Shown here: positions 1 through 27,361 of the stretch, one piece after another | Layout: every line of letters begins with the position of its first letter | Position numbering within the stretch: position 1 is the first letter of the stretch | Source of the DNA: Amoebidium appalachense | Taxonomy: Eukaryota; Protista; Ichthyosporea | Length of the DNA stretch: 64,000 bases | Reading direction: 5' to 3' | Assembly (NCBI GenBank): GCA_963693365.1 | Contig: CAVNZM010000002.1 | Coordinates: forward strand, 6,833,943 to 6,897,942 | Notes under the pieces: model-generated | The model's database searches: none | What the model was told of the DNA's origin: nothing | Seen by the model: the letters and a program-made list of their open reading frames with translations, nothing else | Position numbers and translations under genes: made by a program

Positions 1-189
1 CAAACTTCCGGTTTGGCATACTGTACATGAAGCAAGACCCCCCCCCCCCCCCCCCCCCCCCCTGCCCCCCGCCCGTCCAGCGGCATTTGTGCATGTCCCA
101 ATCCACACACACACCTGTGGCTGTGTGTGTGTGTGTGTTTGCAAGTGCTTATCCCTCCACCTTTGCATGCACCAACAGTCACGTGCACC

Positions 190-14162
<13,973 letters not shown>

Positions 14163-14475
14163 GTCTGAGTTGTGGTGGAATGTGGTGATGCGAAATGTCT
14201 CACAGAAGTGGACTGCGCCTGGTAACTGATAGAACACTGGGTACGGGGGTAGGGGGCAAGGGAAAAGAGGAGGGAAAGACGGGGTGAGGGAAAGAAGGAG
14301 GGAGGGTGTAGGGGGCGGGTTAAAGCAGAGCCTGTGGAATAAAAAAACACAAGCAGAACATACAGGAAGGGAGGGGGGGGAGGGGGGAGGGCGGGGGAAG
14401 ACTAAATCCATGGTGTGTTGTGTACCCGCCAGAGAACAACAGTGATGCTCTATCCCTTAGAGAAATGTTCAGAGA

Positions 14476-14556
<81 letters not shown>

Positions 14557-15540
14557 CCCCCACTGCACCCAGCAATTCCGAAATATTCGAGGATGCTCCC
14601 ACACAAAAGTAACTGATAACGTGCATCTAAAGAAGCGCGCGAATAGATGACCCAACGCAAACGTTAACTTTCAGCACCCCCCCCCCCCCCCCCCCCCCCC
14701 CCCGCCCCCCCTTCCCCCCAGTACCACCCTCTTCACAAGGAGGGTAGTAGACAAGCACACAGGCACAAACCAGCAACGACCGCCTCCGCACCTGCGACCT
14801 CGGCCGTAGGTGCAGGCGTCTTTTTCACGTCTGTCATAGTTGTTTATTCCCGCCAAACAACACTCTAGCTATGAAGCACGCAAAGATGATGAGATTTTAT
14901 GTTCCCTATGGATCTATTGTCGCATCTGGGTAAGAGAAGGTGGTCTCCGTGTGCGTGTCACAGGTAGTGCCGGTCGGACGAATTCCAGGTTTTAGCTTGT
15001 TTTTATGTAAGAACGTGTGCACCAGCTAATGCAGCTACAAAGTTCACCAGTTTGTGCAAATACAAGTGATTACTCAAATGCACACACAAGCCCAGTGTAG
15101 TATGCTGACTCTGGCGTTCGTACGTGCGTGATGGTGAGACTCAATTGTCAGAAGATCAACTCATTTAATGTATAGCGCATCACATGTATAAACACCCAGT
15201 GAAAATGACAGTCATCGCAACAGCTCGGTAAGGCGCAGAATCAAAACCTACTGTTGTATAGTGACAGGCTGGTATAGAGTCATAGGGGTAGTGAGCCGCT
15301 CGCACGTGTACATACGCCTGCGCTACCCAGGCCTTCATGAAACGAAGCCAAGGGTGGAAATTGGAAAGGCGTACCTGCTAATGCACCACGCTAAAATCTG
15401 AAAGGACACGCGCAGCTGCTAGTTTTTACAAGAGTAAAACTGACATCAATACAAGCTGGAGCTCACTCACAACCAGGCACACAAATCTAACGTCTTGCAC
15501 ATGTTGGGCATGGTGGCACACGCTGAAAGAAACACCCGGA

Positions 15541-15571
<31 letters not shown>

Positions 15572-16509
15572 ACACACTTGGCCACACACAGAACGATATT
15601 TTTCGCACAGACAGAGCCACACGCGGACGCCTCCCCCCCCCCCCCCCCCCTTCCCCCCTCCATCTCTCCACAAACCCCCCCCCCCCCCCCCCCCCGCGGC
15701 CACCCAAGCTCACCCCCCCCCCCCCTCCCTCACTCCCCCTGCCCCCCCCCCCCCCCCCCCCCCCCCCTTTCCCCCGTTCCCCTCTCCCAGTTATCTGCAA
15801 GGCAACATGCCCACGCACATAACATGATGCTTGCACCAGCCGCATCGAGATTCTTAGCGGCACATGTTCACGGGCATGCACATGGCTCGCCCCGTACTAC
15901 CGAGCTTCGCGAAGGTTACTTGTGCTTTGAATTGGGCTACCAAATTTGCTGATGTGTAACAGCTCCTAAACAATATGCAGGACATATGCACGTTTGCAGA
16001 ATAACGACGTTTTGCTCTTTGACACCACACAGAATGCGCATACGTATCATAAAATACCAGATTGATACCACCACATATCCGTAGTCGACAGCATCATAGA
16101 AACTTCCGAATGGTACGGCCAGCTCTAACATCGACCAATCACGCCAGGCCGTCGCGAGGGGGTGGTGTTAGTATGGAGAAGGGTTAAGTGAGCAGGTAGC
16201 CAAATGACCCGACGAAAGAGTTTTATGCTTAAATAGGGGGAGGAAAAGGCGAACCTGGGGAGATGGAGAGGAAAAAAGAGAGGAGGACCGGTGGAGTAAG
16301 GGAGGGGTGGGGGGGGAGTGAACGATAGTGTGTGTGTGTCTCAGAGAAAGGGGGGAGGGGAGAGTGGACGGTGAGAAGGTGGAGGAAGCGCAGGCCGAAG
16401 GGAGCGAGGCAGGCAGGTAGCAGACATAGGGGCAGAGAGGGGGAGAGAGAGAGAGGGGGAGAGAGAGAGAGAGAGAGAGGTGTAAATTGAGAGGAAGGGA
16501 AGGGGGGGA

Positions 16510-16599
<90 letters not shown>

Positions 16600-16856
16600 A
16601 CACGTATGTTTTGGCAAGAGAGGGCAGAGCGAGAGTGGACCATTGCACTTTATTGGCCGCTTCCAGAGCTCGAGAGGGAGACAGCTATTAGGGTATAAGC
16701 GCACGTGATCACATCATCAAACTAGCTGGATGAGCTCGAGGCTAATAGCACCTGTGCTGTACAGGGTTTGTCTTTGCCACCCCCAGAGAGCACAGGCACT
16801 TGAACGGGTCACGCTCTCTCTCTCTCTCTCTCATTCTCTCTCTCCCCCCCCCCCCC

Positions 16857-17089
<233 letters not shown>

Positions 17090-18552
17090 CCCCCCTCCCT
17101 CCGGACCATTTCGAGCCCAGCAGATTTCCTGCCCTGGTGGAGGTAGCCAATAGGAGACTTGAGCAATCGTCTCAACGGGTATTTCCGGCTGCCGTGAAGC
17201 AGCCGGGCCGCGCTGAGATGCAGCGCAGCTCACAGACGGTGTACGAGCGTTTCAAAAGACATTCAAAATCATCTACATGTTTGTCTTTTAGAAGGTTTTA
17301 CTCAAAAAATTTATATGGAGCCAACTTGCTTTCCCGGCACGAGTATATAACAGTATTTCGTCTAATCGTGTGGCTCGGCGGTGTGGCCGCGGGAGTGAGA
17401 GGGGTGGGAACAGGAAGGGCGGGGGCGTATATATCGACACCGTTCGGAGGCAACGGGGTCATGGGGTTGATGAAATTCTGAGACGACCGAAATTAAAAAG
17501 ACCAATGAAATGTGCTTTTAGTCGTTCACAATACCGTATATGGTTAAAAAGTAGATCCTAAACTTTCACCAATCTATGGGGGCTAAGGAATTTTTATATT
17601 GACTTTATTGATATGCTCATGAAAGAGAAGCAAGGAAATTTGACGCTCTGTTATCGAAACAGTATTCCAATTAGTGCCATATGCATGAACATGCATTTCA
17701 ATTATCGCATTGTGTGGCTTATAATAAAGGAAAGCATCTTGGATGATTAGTTACTTAAATTGATTATTACTTTACAGTGTACATACTGGAAAAAAGGTTA
17801 CGCATATGATATCCACTCCCGAGTCCCAACCCCAAATATATATATATTAGAAGATATATATGTGAATCCCGTGGCGCCGGCACCGGAGAGGTGCAAGGCT
17901 ATTTGGTGTTAAAATTTTTAATATGTTATATTAGACCGATGTTTTAGGAGCTGGAAATACTTAATTTATTAGGACTGTATGCTTTGCAATAACATCAAAT
18001 CAGGTAGCGAGCGCAGCTTTTTCCTGGCCTGGCACACTTGGCCGAAAATCAAAACTTTCAATTTAAAAACCTGAAACACGCAGGGTGTGGGGAGATTATT
18101 TTCTCAATCCTCAGCGGCCATGATTTTTTTGGCAGGTATAAAAAGGCTGTGTTTTTAAACACTTCCACGTACCACTCTAACGTGACAGCCCAAAAAATTA
18201 ACTGTCTTCGCCTTGTAATGCAAAGTTACTCGCGAATGAGCTCCTCGTGCGAATTCAGGTGCGTACTGCTGTCACTGATGACGCCGACCCAGAGTACTTA
18301 AAGCTTTAATATTAGTGCTGCTGTGGGGCCACCCCGCGTTGTGTATGTAAGGGATGTTTGGTGCATTTGTTTCTCAGCGTTCAATTCCCTGTTTCAAGAT
18401 TGGCGTGCGAGCATGACTGCATGATGCTTGTTGTTGGAGATACACGCGGAAAAAATTCATTCGCGTGGTTTCAGTCGCCTTTGTGTTTCGTTCTTGATCT
18501 CTGCTGCACATCTTACTGGTGAACGGTTAACTAAAGATGTCCCCCCCCCCAG

Positions 18553-19441
18553 TACACCGCCCTCAACCCGGTGGACTACAAGATGGCCCTGCATGGCTTG
18601 TTCATCCCCTCCTATCGGATCGCCATCGGTTGCGACATGGCTTGCGTAGTTGAATCTGTCGGCAATGACGTGACACTGTTCAAAGTTGGTGACGTGGTCG
18701 CCGGGTACGCAGGTCTGGCCCGTCCCGGACGTGGGACATATGCGCAATACTGTGTCATCCCCGAGAAGATGGCCTGGAGAAAGCCGTCCAACATCACCAC
18801 AGAACAGATGGCGACCATTGCTGTCTCAAACTTCACTGCGGCTCTTGGCCTGTACAGGATTCTGAAGCTGGCTCTGCCCTTCAGCCCGACAACAACCGGC
18901 GAGTGGGTGTTGGGTGTGGGGAGGAAGTGGGTCGGTGGGTAGTCAGGCAGTCCAACTGGTGCACCTCAGCGGGTACAAGGTGGTTGCTGCTGCCAGCAAA
19001 ATGAACGAACAATGGCTGGAGTCTCTCGGCGCAACGGCAGTTGTCGACTATAACGATGCTGACGCCATCGAGCAGATCAAGAAAGTGACGGGTGCAGCAG
19101 CTGCACTATGTCTTTGATACGGTCAGCCCGGACACAGCTGCAAAGGCACTTGAGGCTACAACCCCAGGCGCAAAGGTTCTCATCGCTGGGGCTGCCGGTA
19201 TCCCAGCAAACCTCCCCGAAAATGTTAGTGGTGAGATGGTGAATCTGGGTGGTGGGTTTGACATCCCTGAGGTAAGAAGTTTTATGGAGCAAGAAGTTGG
19301 AGAATTGGAGCCCCTTGTGGCGGAGGGAAAAGTGCGGTTGAATGGGTTCATGAGGGGGGACTGGGAGCAATAGTGAAGGGGCTGGCGTTGTTGGCAAGTG
19401 GAAAGGCGGGGGGGAAGAAGGTGGTTGTGAATATTCAATAG
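18553..19441 (+). pseudogene. Medium-chain dehydrogenase/reductase (zinc-independent enoyl-reductase/quinone-oxidoreductase-like), frameshifted
   Basis: ALNPVDYK...GCDMACVVESVGNDVTLFKVGDVV...GTYAQY, VWGGSGSVGSQAVQL, LGATAVVDY, VFDTV and KVVVNIQ* lie in consecutive frames, requiring frameshifts near 18913, ~19095 and ~19355. It starts at a cag acceptor and no convincing first exon is seen. Sequencing indels cannot be excluded. Confidence 0.75.
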
Positions 19442-21049
19442 AACTGTTACGGGAGTGTGGATGTATAGGTGCCTGATGTGTAAAGTTGTGTTTGGCGGAG
19501 TGTAGAATATTATGCATGTTATATCATAGTATAGTGGTGACCGGGTAGAGATTTGTACAGTGTTGTTCTATCAGGCTATTCGTGCGTACGAAACATGAGT
19601 TCAAGTTAGAGACTCTTGGTGTTCTAGTACTACAAAGAGTTGTATACATAATTATGGGGGGGAACACAAGGGAGTTTGTATAGTGCTGCACATATCCAGT
19701 GTTGGTTACAAGGCGGGACAGGGTCCTCAAATATTACCGTGTTTGATGTTTAACCCAATGCATGGCTCCCAAAGTTTTTGTCACCCCTGGGTGTTATGTG
19801 TTCGTAACTAATAGCTTAGCAATGGTGTGCACATAACTAGTAGCTTAGCACACCTTGCACACAGGCATAGCACGGCACAGTGCACACGACTTACGTAGTG
19901 CTGCCGCAGGCTGGCTTTAGTATGACCTACAATCACCAAGTACACACGTGCTTGTTCTTGCCACTAAAGCTCATATACCTACAGTAAATAGCTCAAGCGA
20001 GCGAGTCACGTCCACCCACCTTCCACAGTTATTTGCACTCCCGGAACACACACAAGAAAAAACGCACTCGTAACACTCAACGCCCAAAGACTCTCACTTT
20101 CTCCCTATTTTTCCCAAGCAAGTTTCCATTGAGGTGTACATACGTGGTCACACACGCAAATACAGAAGACGTCCCTGTATTTATACTAAAGCAGCTCTCA
20201 CCATCACCTGTCCCCTTCCCTCCCCCCACCCCCACTCCCCCACCCTCCTAACCTCCACCCTCCCCCCCCCCCCCCCCCCCCTCCCCACACAAAGAAAAAA
20301 AAAAAAAAAAAAAGGAGAAGATTCACAAACAAGGCTTCCAATCTCGCCACCCTCCCCTTTCTCACTGTATGCTCGCCCCTCTGTAAAAGTTCTCGTCTAA
20401 AAGATAGCTTTCGCTCACCCCTCCCGTGCATGTATGCGTGAGCTGTAGTCACGTGCACACGTGTGCACGTGACTACAGCAGAGTCTACTGTCGCTTGTAC
20501 AAAGTCTTGGTGCCCGATCAACGCTTGGGACGTACGTCTTACGTGAACCCAAGCTCCGTGTGTTTTACAGCCGATTTTTTTTTACGCGGTCGTGTCATCT
20601 TCATACAAGTGCCGACCACTCTATTTTTTCCCTAAACATGTGTGACAGTCACTATGGTAACAGGGTGATGCTGTCGTAAACACGACGCTTCGCGAGAACA
20701 CAGACCTGACTGCCTGAAGGAATAGCAGCAGCACGAATTGAAACACATGAAACAACTAAACGGAGCGCCTCTCGGCTTTGCCGCTGGCCGACGTCTGCTC
20801 CTGTGCGCGTGTGCGTGACGGTAGGCAAACACCATTCCCGTGCGGGGGACACACGCACAGAAGCGCGGTACAGTATACTAAGCTACAAAGGGTTCTCTTT
20901 CTTCACAGTGTTTTTTCTTTTTTTTGGTTGCCCGTTGAACCGGAACGGTTTGACTTGATCTTGAGTGCTCACGCGCCAAATTCCTTTTCCCACCAAACGC
21001 GTGATAAAATAACCTAAAATGGTTTGCGCGCTGTAGAAACTACCCTCAT

Positions 21050-21205
21050 TCTGATTGGTTCGTAGCTCGGCATTACGTCACACCCGGTCCTTCCCCTTGA
21101 ACAATTTTCTTTCAAGTTGTTTCTTTTTTTCTTTCTTTCTTTTTCTTTTTTGGGAAGTTACGTGAATTTCAGCTTTGTGCGCCTCTCAGTACAGGTATAA
21201 AAGGG
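21050..21205 (+). promoter_or_regulatory. Core promoter of the aminotransferase gene
   Basis: TATAAAA at 21196-21202, 88 bp upstream of the ATG. A reverse CCAAT (attgg) lies at ~21054 and a CRE-like ttacgtca at ~21073. Confidence 0.55.
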
Positions 21206-21283
21206 GCGTCGGTCACACACAGACGACCCTCACATTTTCACTTTTCGTTTTCTCTTTCAGAGCTACGTGTTTCTACAATCACT

Positions 21284-22269
21284 ATGGAGCCGTTTAAGCT
21301 TGAACGTTTTTTCGACAAGTACGAGTTCAAAGCACCCTATCTTCTCTGTTGCTCTGACTGTGAACCTTACCACCTCAACGAGGTGCTTGAATCTGCCGAC
21401 GATGCATTGAAACATGAGTTCAATCATCTGCGTCTGGCATATACCCAAACACGTGGGTCTACCGAGTTTAGGGATGAGGTGGTGAAAACACACTACACGA
21501 CCGTAAAGCCGGAAGGAATCTTGGCGGTGGTGCCTGAGGAGGGAATCTATCTGTCGATGATGTGCACAGTCAAGGCCGGAGACCACGTGGTGGTTACCTT
21601 CCCTGGCTACCAGTCTCTGTATGAGATTGCACGCTCGAGAGGTGCTGAGGTAACGGAGTCCCCTTTCGCCATCCCCTCCCCCCTCCTGGTTCCCTTCTCT
21701 CTTTTCCTTCTTTCTTTGGGGGGGAGGGGGGGGGGGGGGGGGGGAGGGGGGGCTTAAGTTTGTGATATGTAGTTTATGATGGGGGTGGAATGACTTGAGG
21801 AAGATTGAAAGGAACATATACGTTGGTGTACTTGAGTTCTCCGATTATGGGGTTTAGGCGATAAAAAGGAAGACGAGAGCTTACATTCACCGAACATTGA
21901 GACATTCTTAGCACTTGTGCAAATCCTGTGGCCGACACATCAGTGAGCCTGCCGGACCCTGCACTATATTTTTCTTGCTTCTGCTTACTGCTGCAACTTT
22001 AACCCCCGGCCTTTCCCACTGCCCTTGCCTGCATAAGCAACCCTGCTCGTCTCTGATCAAGACGGGTGACCTACCCATGTTCAAGTGAAACAGTATCTGA
22101 GTTGGGCTTCGTTAACGAGGTGAATAGGTCGAAACTCGGGTACTGTGGATGACGTGGGTCCCCCCTGAGGATGGGCTCTGCTTATTATGCATACTCTTTA
22201 TGTATGGCTTGCATTCTGCATCGTGTTATCCGTTTATTCTTGTGTACTTCGTACTTTTTGACGCATTCA

Positions 22270-22307
<38 letters not shown>

Positions 22308-22870
22308 CACACACACACACACACGTGACACATACACCTGGCCCGGATTCTGTTGTGGTTGATGACTTGGGTCTCTTCAGAAAATGCCATCACTCGATAG
22401 CCCGCACACCACTTTGAGCTGTATGTGCTGCAGTAAATCCGAACATCCCCCCCCCCCCCCAAAAAAAAAAAACACCTACATCCGCACCACAGGTAAGCGA
22501 ATGGTGTCTGAAGGAGGGGCCCAACCACGAGCTCTCCTTTGACGTTGCGGACCTCCGTGCCGTTCTCCGCCCAAACACCCGCCTTGTCGTCATCAACTTC
22601 CCTCACAACCCATCGGGGTGCTTGCTCACCCACGCACAGCAGCAAGAGGTGATCGAGTTGTGCCGTGAGAGGGATGCCTACCTGTTCAGCGATGAGATGT
22701 ATCGCTTTCTGGCGCTCGACCCCAAGGATGAGCTACCCGCGTCAGCTGATCTTTATGAGAAGGCGATATCGCTGGGGGGCATGTCGAAGAGCTTTGCCCT
22801 GCCTGGGCTGAGGGTGGGCTGGTTGGCCACACAGGACCTTGAGCTGCTGGAAAGGTGCTCCACATACAAG

Positions 22871-22916
<46 letters not shown>

Positions 22917-24436
22917 GTGTGTGGGTGGGTGGGTGGGTGGGTGGTGTTTTTTTAAATTAATTATCTATCCTTTTTGAGAGGCTAGGTTTTTTTTTTGTTT
23001 TTGTTTTTTTTTTTTGGGGGGGGGGGGGAGGGGAGGGGGGGATCTGCGTGTGTGTTATGGGGGAAGGTGGGGGGGGGGGGGGGGGATGGATGGATGGATT
23101 GACGGGGAAGCAGGTGTTTTTTTTTTGTTTTTTTTTTCTTTTCTTTTTTTTTTTTTTTTTTTTTTTGGGGGGGGGGGGGGGAATGGATGGATGGACTGAC
23201 GGGGAAGCAGGTATTTTTTTTTTTTTTTTTCTTTTCTTTTTTTTTGGGGGGGGGGGGGGGGGGGGGGGAGATGGATGCCAAGTGGGGTTGTCATTTTTGT
23301 TTCTTCAGTGTAGCCAGTGTGTTTTTGATTGCTTATTTCTTGGTTCTGCTGCGTCCGTAAACGTTTTTTCCTAAGTGTGAGTGATCGAGTACTGGTCTTC
23401 TTTGATCTTTACCCATGGGCTTCAACTCCGAAGTGTGCCCTGAGGGGGGAAGGGGGAGGGGGGGGGAGTGTTGGAGTGCAGACTTACGCTCACTCCACAA
23501 TATGTGTATGTTAGCTTTACAATTGGTTCCGTGTACACCGACACACGCTGACACTCGATCACCACATGCACATCTGCATAGTTGAGGAATGTTGCCAATT
23601 GTGTTTTGACTGCAAACGATTGGTTCACTGGTCCCAGAGATCTCTAAATGAAAGTAACCAATCCGATTAGCGCCTGGCATCCGGATTACATTCCAGACTG
23701 CTGCCCCACGGGTATATAAGCCACGTCTCTGCCAGGTGCAGACATGGAGTTCAGTAATGGAGTTCAGTGATGGAGTTCAGTCATGGAGTTAACACACTGA
23801 AAGCAGTAAAAAACGGGTCAGCGCCCAAGCGCGCCACGACGACCCTAGTCACAGCGGACTCTACTTCCAACAGGGAGGGGCATTGTCGTTGATGCGTTAT
23901 GCTATATCTTTATTTGCATACATTTTATGATATGAAAGTACACATTTTCGATGCAGTTACTTACCCCCCCCCCCTCCCCCCCCTCCCCCCCCCCTCCCCC
24001 CCCCCCCTCTCCCCCGGGGGCGCACACACACGCGCACACACACACATACACACAGGACTACACCACCATCTGCCCGGCCGCGCCGAGCGAGATCCTAGCT
24101 CTGATTGCGCTGAAAAACAAAGACAAGTTCGTGACCCGCAATCTGGATATCATCAAAGAGAACTCAAGGCTTGTTACCGAATTTTACAAACGGAATCCCA
24201 CTGTTTTCCACTACACCCCGATCAAGGCGGGTTCCACGGCCTTCCCCAAGCTTCTTACAGGCCAGAATGTGGACGAATTTTGCGATGAGTTGGTCGATAA
24301 ACACGGGATTTTGCTTCTGCCTGCCACCCACTACGACTACTCCCACCCCCGTTTCCGGTTTGGGCTCGGCCGCAAGGATTTCGGAGAGAATTTGGCCCGT
24401 TTGGAAAAGGCTTTGGAGGGGGGTAAGGTGCGCTAG
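21284..24436 (+). CDS. PLP-dependent aminotransferase class I/II, 3 exons
   Basis: Exons 21284-21649, 22493-22870 and 24056-24436 join in phase 0. Motifs: FKLERFF..YEF, PGYQSLYEI, INFPHNPSG, FSDEMY, GGMSKSFALPGLRVGW (PLP lysine), RFRFGLGR. Confidence 0.93.
21899..22275 (+). mobile_element. Structured intronic repeat, copy A (near full length, diverged subfamily)
   Basis: Aligns with 40248-40650 from gagacat.. to cattcaaacccc. The core 22031-22190 is strongly conserved (gcataagcaaccctgctcgtct.tgatcaagacggg...ggtcgaaactc...ccctgaggatgggctctgcttat). It lies in aminotransferase intron 1. Confidence 0.85.
23744..23790. repeat. 13-bp tandem repeat (atggagttcagtN) x ~3.5
   Basis: Directly visible in aminotransferase intron 2. 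Confidence 0.85.
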
Positions 24437-25038
24437 GAGTAAGGAATCCAGGGTGCCCGAGATAGTATGGGGATGCAATAAGGTCCCCTGGAGCTGTGTG
24501 TGTGCGTGTTTAACGGTGAGGGCTCTAATGATGATGAGGAGGGTGATTAGTAGTGATGGGTGTGTGGCGCTGCCGAATTAGGGCGGACGACGGCTTCTCG
24601 GTGTGTCCCCTTACGTGCTGGTAACTGTGGCATTATATGTACTATTATTTGGTCTTATGGTCAACATTTGTTAGTATCTCATTACCTGAAGGATTAGGCT
24701 TTGGAGCCTATTTAGTAATCCTATGGTGTTCTTTAGTCTTGTTGTGATGTTACAGTGCTATATTAGCTAAAATTTTGTTAACACTATTTCACCGTGTATT
24801 TATCTCTAGGTGTGTGGGTGCGGTAGGTCGAGGCATACACACATACACACATGCACGAGTACAGTGTAAATGTTCGTACTTGCCTCATCACAATAATATT
24901 TGCCACGTGCTAGTATGGGTCTGTGTGTTTTTCCACCTTCATTCTTGCCCACATACCCAGGTGGGCTTGGCATGTGATACGGATGCTAATATAGGAACCC
25001 CTCCTCCCCTTTCCATCTCCGTTTACAACCTCTCTCTC

Positions 25039-25076
<38 letters not shown>

Positions 25077-25562
25077 ACCACACCCCCTCCTCCTCACCCC
25101 CCCGGTTCCTAGCCTCTCAGATGGCGTCATGGAGGTCTTCGGATGCTCTGCCCTATGCACAAAGTATCTTAGGCATATGTGTGTGTGTATTGTGTGTGTG
25201 TGTGTTCTGCAGTTCTCCGGGGTCTGCCTAACGCACCTAAAAACCAATTTGAAGCTTCTGACCCCTTATACTTGCAAAACCAGTATGTGCAAGGCCGCGT
25301 AGAATTTATAATCGAGTAGCCACCCTCCTGTCCCTTTCCCTATCAGGTACGGTATTGAATTTCCTTTGTCGGGCTGTGTTCACTTTTTAAGATTTTTGAT
25401 GTTAACACGATCTGAACGTTATTTTATTATGATCAGGCTATGCTGTTACACATCCCAAAGCTTTGTACCTGCAAACCTCTTCCCCCCCCCCCCCCCCCCC
25501 CCTCCCCCCCCAAAAAACAAACAAACAAACAAACAAACAAACAAACAAAAAAAACATACACA

Positions 25563-25623
<61 letters not shown>

Positions 25624-26130
25624 GTTACTACCCAGCACCGTGAGAGAGCAATAACCAATTTGGAGGGGGGAAGGGCCGGGCCGACAAGCAGGGGGGGGGG
25701 GGGGGGGGGGGGGGGGTTTCAGCTCTGTTAATCTGAGGGCAGAGTATAGAAGGAGGCCCGATGATCACCAGGCTGCAGGCCAGAGGGAACTTCGGGGAAG
25801 GGAGGGGGGGGGGAGGGGGGGGGGGGGGGGGGAGGGCTCAATGAACTGCAGCTGCAAAAGCTCTTTAAATTTGCGGGCGGCAAAGGGGGCACTGTGAGTG
25901 AATTTCAAGTATACGGAATAGCTTAACTATATTAGTACTTTTAACGGATTGTTTAACTGATACTTCCCCAATTGCAAAAGCTTCGCGCAATTTCACGTCC
26001 TAAATTGACAGAAGCCCATTTTCTATAGCCATGACAGCTGGGGGCCCCGGGCCAGCATTAACGGTCGTGGACTCGGTATAGGAAGCCGCGATCTTGCATA
26101 TGGGCGGACCGGACCATGGTGGTGGTCACT

Positions 26131-26162
<32 letters not shown>

Positions 26163-26609
26163 CAAAGACATGTGCATGGCGCCGGCTACATGCCACGGGT
26201 GCTAGGATAATTGAGTCAGGGCTGAACACGCGGGTCACGGCCTGTATCGTTGTGAAATTGATCAAATTCCGAGTGTGTATGCTGGTGTTCCCGGACTTCA
26301 ACAGCTTTCAGGAAGTACCTCCAAAAAATAAAAACATTAAGATATGGCCATCATCTTCAACTTTTGTTGTCTTGTGTAAGTGCGACATGTACAGATGTGT
26401 GTGTGTTGTGTGTGTGTGGTGGTGGTGGTGGGGGGGGGTGGGGGGGAGGGGAGGGGGGAGGGGGGGGGGAGGAGGAGGGACTCTGTCTCAGATGGAATTC
26501 TTCTTTAAAAAAAAAGGAAGGGGCAGGAGTGTATATCGGGAAGAAGAATTTTTTCAAAACGAGACGGAAAAGGAAAGAAGGGGAGGTGTGTGCACGTGTT
26601 GGGTGGTGT

Positions 26610-26642
<33 letters not shown>

Positions 26643-26768
26643 TGGAGGGGGGTGAGAGGTGAGGGGGGGGGGGTGGATGCGGGTAAGGGAGGGTTTATGT
26701 GCGAAGTGATGGTGGTGGGGTGTACACATGTTTTTTTTTCTTTGGCCAATGTGCTTTTTTTTCTTATT

Positions 26769-26832
<64 letters not shown>

Positions 26833-27361
26833 GGGGGGGGGGGGGGGGAGGGGGGGGGCAAGGAGCTCTAGAAGGGGCCAGAGTGGCTGACAGGGGAGCA
26901 GGGGGGAGGAAAGGGCGTGTGAATGAAGGTGAAGAGGGCATAAGACAAAGCACGAAATAAGCCCCGGGGGGGGGGGGGGGGGGCGGGAACATTGAGTAGC
27001 GGGGGACGTGAACGTTCAATGACAAGAATGGGTGAAGGAGGGCCACCCGACATTTTGAACGCGTAAACGGTCCCAGAACCAAAAAATGACCTCATACATT
27101 CATACATGCTTTATGCTACTGTGATAACAAACTGCAGCCTAGGGTCACAGGCTGTGTGCAATACAACAATAACTCAATAAATCGAAGCTCTAACTATGCT
27201 AGCATTCATAGATCTCATTTCAACGGTAAACAAGTGCATCAAATCACAATCCAACAGAAATATACCGCTCCAATATGCACAAGTACATATGCATAGTATC
27301 AGTTCAACAACATACAGCCTCATGACTTCCAAAAAAACTTCCCTCCCCTAGCCTTGACCTC

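Noticed and set aside
17230-18300. AT-richer unique stretch as a possible transposase remnant
   Set aside because: There is no sustained ORF or recognisable motif, so it cannot be supported without a database search.
22091-22145. Canonical minimal type III hammerhead using GUGAAUA as the core
   Set aside because: The equivalent positions in the young B copies (gctaagg) and in copy C do not keep G5/A9, so the canonical reading fails.
22031-22190. Element core as a TPP riboswitch, C/D snoRNA, SRP RNA or tRNA-derived SINE
   Set aside because: The CUGAG and CUGAUC words are in the wrong order for TPP, the UGAUGA box is not conserved between copies (ttgatga, tggatga, tgaatga), and I see no SRP helix-8 motif, cloverleaf or A/B boxes.
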